Positions 58,971-64,000 of a DNA stretch of 64,000 bases are shown in pieces; position 1 is the first letter of the stretch; every line of letters begins with the position of its first letter. The notes under the pieces were generated by a model. That model ran no database searches, was not told the origin of the DNA, and was given only the letters and a program-made list of their open reading frames with translations. A program made the translations under genes and the position numbers. This DNA is from Cyanophora paradoxa CCMP329 (Eukaryota; Plantae; Glaucophyta): the NCBI GenBank assembly GCA_004431415.1, contig QPMI01000437.1:248001-312000 (forward strand). Direction: 5' to 3'.

Positions 58971-61900
58971 ATGCTCGCCCTCCGGGCCCCCCGAGCGCTG
59001 CGGGAGATCTCAAGCGCGGGAAGATGCCTCAGGAGGTCCCTCGCCAGCGCCGCGGCGTCCCAGTCTGGCGCCGGCTCGAGCGTCTTTGGCTTCGGGTACG
59101 CGGGGCACGGCCAGCTCGGCCAGGGGAACCGCGAGCCGCAGGTGCGCGTCGCCGTGTCGCAGCGATCGTGAGGAACGACTCCGGTCGACGCGCCGCAGGA
59201 CCTCCCGACGCGGATCGACGCGCTGCAGGGCAAGCGCGTGACGGCGCTCAGCGGCGGCCACTTCCACGCCTGCGCGATTGCCGAAGGCGGGCGCGGAGTG
59301 TACGCGTGGGGCCGGGCGGCGGAGGGCCAGCTGGACGGAGAGGCGCGCGTCGACGACGCTCTGGTGCCGGAGCGCGTGCGCGTGGACGCCGCGCGCGAGG
59401 GGGAAGCCCCGCCTCTCTTCGTTCAGATCTCCTGCGGCGGCTCCTACAACGCCGCCGTCGCCGAAGGCACGTGCTTGCTTGCAATTCATGCCGATCGTAT
59501 TTCAAATTTGGGGTCTCTCCGCGGCGAACGCACGCTGACGCCGGCGCGTGCGCGCGCAGACGGCTCCGTGTGGATCTGGGGTAGCATGAAGCGGGGGCAG
59601 GCGGGCGCACCGGGACCCGCGCTGCAGCGGCCGGCGCGCGTGCCGGGCCTCCCGCCGGCCGCGAAGGTCAGCTGCGGCTGGGGGCACGTCCTCTGCCTCA
59701 CGCGTGCGCTCCCGAAAGCTTCGCAGCGCGCCACACGCGCATGTACACGATCGTGACGCGCCTCCGCAGGGTCCGGCGAGGTGTGGAGCTGGGGGTGGGA
59801 CGCGCACGGCCAGACGGGCCGCGGCGCGGGGCCGCCACCCACGTCCACGAGCGAATGGAAGGGCCCGCCGCTGCTGCCGGGGCCGGTGCTCAGCGGCGAC
59901 CTGCGCGGCCACAGAGTCTCCGACGTCGCCGCGGGGCTTGACCACAGCCTCGCCCTCGGAGGTTGTACCCCCCCGCGCTTCCCACCCCCCGCGCTTCCCC
60001 CCCTCCCCGTCGATGGCTGAGACTCCTCCCGCAGTGGACGGGACCGTGTTCTCTTGGGGCGATAACCAGGCTCGTGTACCCAACTTTAACTGCCCCGCGG
60101 TCGGAGCGCGCGTGTTGAATGCTGTACCCCCCTCGTTTCGTTCGCAGTTCGGGCAGCTCGGCCTCGGGCACGCGCGCTCGGTCGGAGAGCCCCGGGCCGT
60201 CGCAAGCGTCAGAGTACCCGTCTCCTCGGTGCCCGCCTTCGCCGTACCCCTCCCTCCCTTCTCGTCGTACCCCTCCCGAACGCGTGCGCGGCCTCGATCA
60301 GATCGCGACGGGCTGGGCGCACTCCGCCCTCATCACGGGTACCCCATTCCCCCCCCCTCCCCCCCGCGCCCCCCTTCCCTCCTTCCCCCCTTCCTCCCCC
60401 ACCCCTCATTTTCGGCGCAGCGGACGGGGCGGTGCTGGCGTGCGGGTGGAACTCGGACGGGCAGGTCGGCGTCGGGGCCGACGGCCCCAAGCAGGCGAGT
60501 ACTAGTCTGACTCGAGCGGCGGCCGGCCGGCCCAGGGGATCGACATCGATTGCGATGCAAAGAATCCAATCTAATCTAAAGAATAAAGAATCTAGAACTC
60601 TGATAGAGGTGCTTAAGAGGGGCCTCAGCCCTCTAAGATTCTTAGAGGGCTCTTACAGCTCCTCGCTGAGCTTTGATTCGATGATCATGAGTCCTCGCCC
60701 GACATCGCCCGCAGGTGCTGGAGCCGCGCCCCGTGCAGGACGCCGGCTGCGGCCTGCGGGGCCGCCTCCCCGTCCAGGTGCCCGCCGGTGCCACGCGTCC
60801 CCAGTGACCGCTCTAATATCTATAGGTAGATAGCTATAGGAGATAGCTATAGGAGATAGCTATAGGAGATAGCTATAGGAGATAGCTATAGGAGATAGCT
60901 ATCCTAAGAGGTCCTAAGATAGCTAGAGGAGGCCGCCACTCCGGTCCGCCCAGGAGCGCTGGCGCTGGCCGCCCGCGACGTATAACGTTCGAGTTGATTA
61001 AGGACACCGAACGCGTGCCAGGCACGCGTGCCTGCCGGGCACAGCCTAGCCTTGACTCTCCGGTGCCTCGCGCCGGTGCCACGGGTCCCCAGTGACCGCC
61101 ACTCCCCCTAGCGCCTAGCCCCTTCTCTCCGCTTCGCGCTACGCGTCAGTGAGCCCCTACGCGTCAGTGAGCCCTAATATCTCGGGGGCCGGGGCCGCCT
61201 CACCCTCTTAGGACATCCACGCACTGCCACACCTAATCCACCGGCTCCCCGTCCAGGTCGTCTGCGGCCGCATCCACACCCTCGCCCGCACCGGTGCCCG
61301 CCGCCCCGCCCCGCCACGCCACGCCACGCCCCGCCCCGCCCCGCTTCTAACGCTCGAACGGAGGCTCGCCTACTAGGCTAGCTAGCCGTTGACCTAGATC
61401 CTGCGATCTAGAATTCTACCTGCCGCTCGCCTGCAGCTGCCTTCGCCCCGCCCCGCCCCTTGGCTGATCGGAGGCCCTGAGGAGCAGAGGACCAACTGGT
61501 CTTCGGCTGGGGCTCGGGTCAGCACGGGCGGCTGGGGCGGGGGGACGACCGGCCCAGCCCCACCGTGCGCCCCTCTCCTCTCCTATATATTAATGAATTT
61601 AGCGCTCCTGGGCCTGGCCCCCCCCCCCCCTCCCCTCCTGCCCCCCCCCCTGCCCCCTTTGGCCCCGGCCCCGGCGGGGCTCCCCTCTCCGATCCCTCAA
61701 CCCCCGGACCCCCGCTCCCGACCCCCCGCCCGGCCCCGACCTGCAGCTTCTAGATCTCTCGTTCGCCCTTCAATTTTTCGAGCCCCAGCTCGGGGCTTCT
61801 CGATATCGGCCCCCCCGGGGCTTCGAGCTTCGCCCGGACTCTCCGAGGCCCTAAGGCCGCCGGGCCTCCGCCTTGGCTCCGGCTTGCTCCTCGAGCTCGG

Positions 61901-62124
61901 CGGCTCTTAAGCTGAATTAGCTTTCTCCTGCTCGGGCTTCTCGGGGCCCGCTCCCCTAGCCATGGCCATAGGCCCCGCCGCGACCCGAGGCCCGCGCGCG
62001 CGCGCGGTCGGCCCCGACCGCGAGCTCGCAGGCGGCGCGCGTGGAGGCGTTCGAGGGCTCGCTCGGGGTGCGGGCGATGGCGGCCGGACTCGACTTCTCC
62101 CTCGTACTCACCGACGAGCTCTAG
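58971..62124 (+). CDS. RCC1-repeat (beta-propeller) protein with a predicted mitochondrial presequence (RCC1L-like)
   Basis: Arg/Ser/Ala-rich N-terminus MLALRAPRALREISSAGRCLRRSLAS. Repeated blades VFGFGYAGHGQLG, SGGHFHA..VYAWG..GQL, SCGWGHVL, VAAGLDHSLAL, VFSWGDNQ|FGQLG and MAAGLDFSLVLTDEL*. Confidence 0.9.
60828..60903. repeat. Intronic 13-bp tandem repeat (agatagctatagg)n, ~6 copies
   Basis: Directly visible. Each unit contains TAG-CTA-TAG. Confidence 0.9.
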
Positions 62125-62539
62125 GCTCGGATCGAAGCTTTAAATTTGGGGAGCTAGCGCTAGCGCTAGCAGATTTCTTTAAAGGCCCAGATTCTCATGA
62201 ACCAAGCGCGAGCTCGATGGCGTTACGGTAGGCGTCGGTACCGGTATACCGGTCTACGTAGGCGTCGGTATACCGTATACGTAGCGCACCCTTGGTTCTT
62301 TTCGAAAAGAATCCGCTCACCGGTACCCTGGATCCCGTATTCGAATCCCCAGGCGGCCCCATTATTCGCGACGACCATGCCGCGCGACGCCGGCGCCTCT
62401 GTCGGCGTCCTAGAGATCGTTTGTACCAGAGGAGATGCACAAGCGTCAGCGCAGCAGCTCGGCAGCCGCCGGCGTGGCGGCCGACGCCGACACACACGCG
62501 AGCCGACGCGAGGCCGCCTCCGACGCCGCCGCCAAAGCA

Positions 62540-64000
62540 ATGGTCGACCTGCAGCAGCTGTCCTCTGTGGCTAGCTTCGACTCGCTCCCAGACGAGCTCG
62601 TGCGCCACGTCTTCTCCTTCGTCGACGCCGCGGAAGCCCTGCAGAAGCTGCCCGCCGTCTGCACACGCTTTCGGTGCAGCATTCCCGCGCTTATCACTTC
62701 ATCCAAACGCGCCTGAACGCACGCGTGCGGCAGGGAGCTCTTGCCCGGAGTGCAGTGGGATTCGATCTCCCTGGCGTTCGACACCAGCGACGGGCCGCTC
62801 GATTACGAGCGCGGGAACGTTTTCGAAGCGTGCGCGAACGCGGAGGGGCTTCTGCGGCTGCCGAAGGACGACGAGGACGCCCCGTCGGTGCGCTGAATTC
62901 GAATTTCAAGCGCCCATCGCCTCGCGTGCGCCAGCGCCGACGCTGTGGCACGCGCAGCGGCCGTGGCGGCGGAGCATGCGGTTCTGGCGGCGGGCGATCG
63001 ACCGCGGACTCCTTGGCCCGCAGTCCTCTCTCGAGCTGGAGCTCCGCGGGCCCTCGGAGCTAGAGCTGCAGTTCGAGCTCGAGCCCAGCGCCGGCGCGGG
63101 CGAGCACCAGCACCAGCAGCAGCAACTGCTTCCGGTCGTCCTCGCGCACGGGCGGGAGCTCGTCCTCGCGGCGCACGGGCTGATGGGCCTCCTCGCCGCC
63201 GCCGCCCGCGCCTCCGCCGACTCCCTCACGTCCGCCCGCCGCTGCCCCTGACTTATTTATCTTACGGATTTGATGTCTCATCTCCGCGGGCCCTCGCAGG
63301 ACCCTTCGCTTGGTCGTCCGCAACCTTGGGCCTGCCGCCGCCTTCCTGGTCCGCCCCGCCCCTGAATCTAGCAAGAATGCAATAACATGAAGTCTTAACT
63401 CATGAAGTGTGAAAAAGAGAAGCCCGGCCCGGCCCGGCCCGGCCCGCGAGCATCCCCTCACGCAACGCGCAGAACGCCGCCGGGGACGCGGAGCTCGGCC
63501 GTGGCGACGCCGCCCGCGAGCGCGAATCCGAGGCCGGCCTCTGCTCAGAGGATCTCGCCCTCCGCGCCGCCGTCGCCCTCGCCCCGTGCCGGGTTCGAGC
63601 CCGCCCCCCCCCCCCCCCCCCCCCCCCGCACGCCTAGGCTCAGACGCAGACCGCCGACCCGGCCCGCTCCTCCCTGCCCGCTCCTCTACTAAAATTTTGC
63701 TAGATTCAAAGAATCATCTTCGAGAATTCTTAAACTTCAAGCTTATTGAGCGCCCCGGGGTTCGCGGCAGCGCCTGGAGACCTTCGACGCGTCATTCGTC
63801 TTCGGAACCGACGGGGACCGCGACGTCCCCGCCGCCCGCCCCGGCCCCCGCTGGGCCGCCGCCTTCGGTTCGCCCCCCCCCCCCCCCCCCCCCTCCTCCT
63901 CCCCCGCCTCCCCTGGCTCGTCCTTCACGGCTCATATAGTCGGGTCCGGCCGCAGGGGCCCTCGGCGGCTGCCTAAGGGACCTCGAGCTTCCCCAGGTGC
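62540..64000 (+). CDS. F-box domain protein, multi-exon; runs off the right edge
   Basis: SFDSLPDELVRHVFSFVDAAEALQKLPAVCTRFR is a canonical F-box at the N-terminus, followed by spliced exons. Confidence 0.8.

Noticed and set aside
1-64000. tRNA, rRNA or snRNA genes
   Set aside because: None were recognisable by eye. A tRNAscan-SE/Infernal run would be needed to exclude them.

Overview
GC-rich, intron-dense microbial eukaryote DNA with short introns and frequent GC-AG donors. The style resembles a glaucophyte or similar alga, but that is inference only. Two gene-dense flanks surround a ~33 kb rearranged accessory block. The left flank (1-20 kb) holds a Ser/Thr kinase-STAND ATPase gene, an intronless nucleotide-sugar transporter, a coiled-coil protein with duplicated exons, and a soluble adenylyl cyclase (ADCY10-like)-STAND gene. 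The right flank (54-64 kb) holds a PHTF/GRL-like multipass membrane protein, a likely mitochondrial RCC1-repeat protein and an F-box protein. The centre (21-54 kb) contains a 3.1 kb segmental duplication, four non-LTR retroelement insertions (three with clear target-site duplications), histidine-kinase and ABCG gene fragments, MITE-like debris, and an ~800 bp inverted repeat enclosing two divergent paralogues with variable N-terminal parts and identical C-termini. The strongest novel signal comes from comparing duplicated copies: most short indels in non-homopolymer sequence have the exact form X -> X-rc(X)-X or X-C-rc(X)-G-X, where X is any trinucleotide. Intergenic DNA is saturated with these motifs, which points to a stereotyped, high-frequency mutational or transposon-excision-footprint process. 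All gene models are manual and exon limits are approximate.
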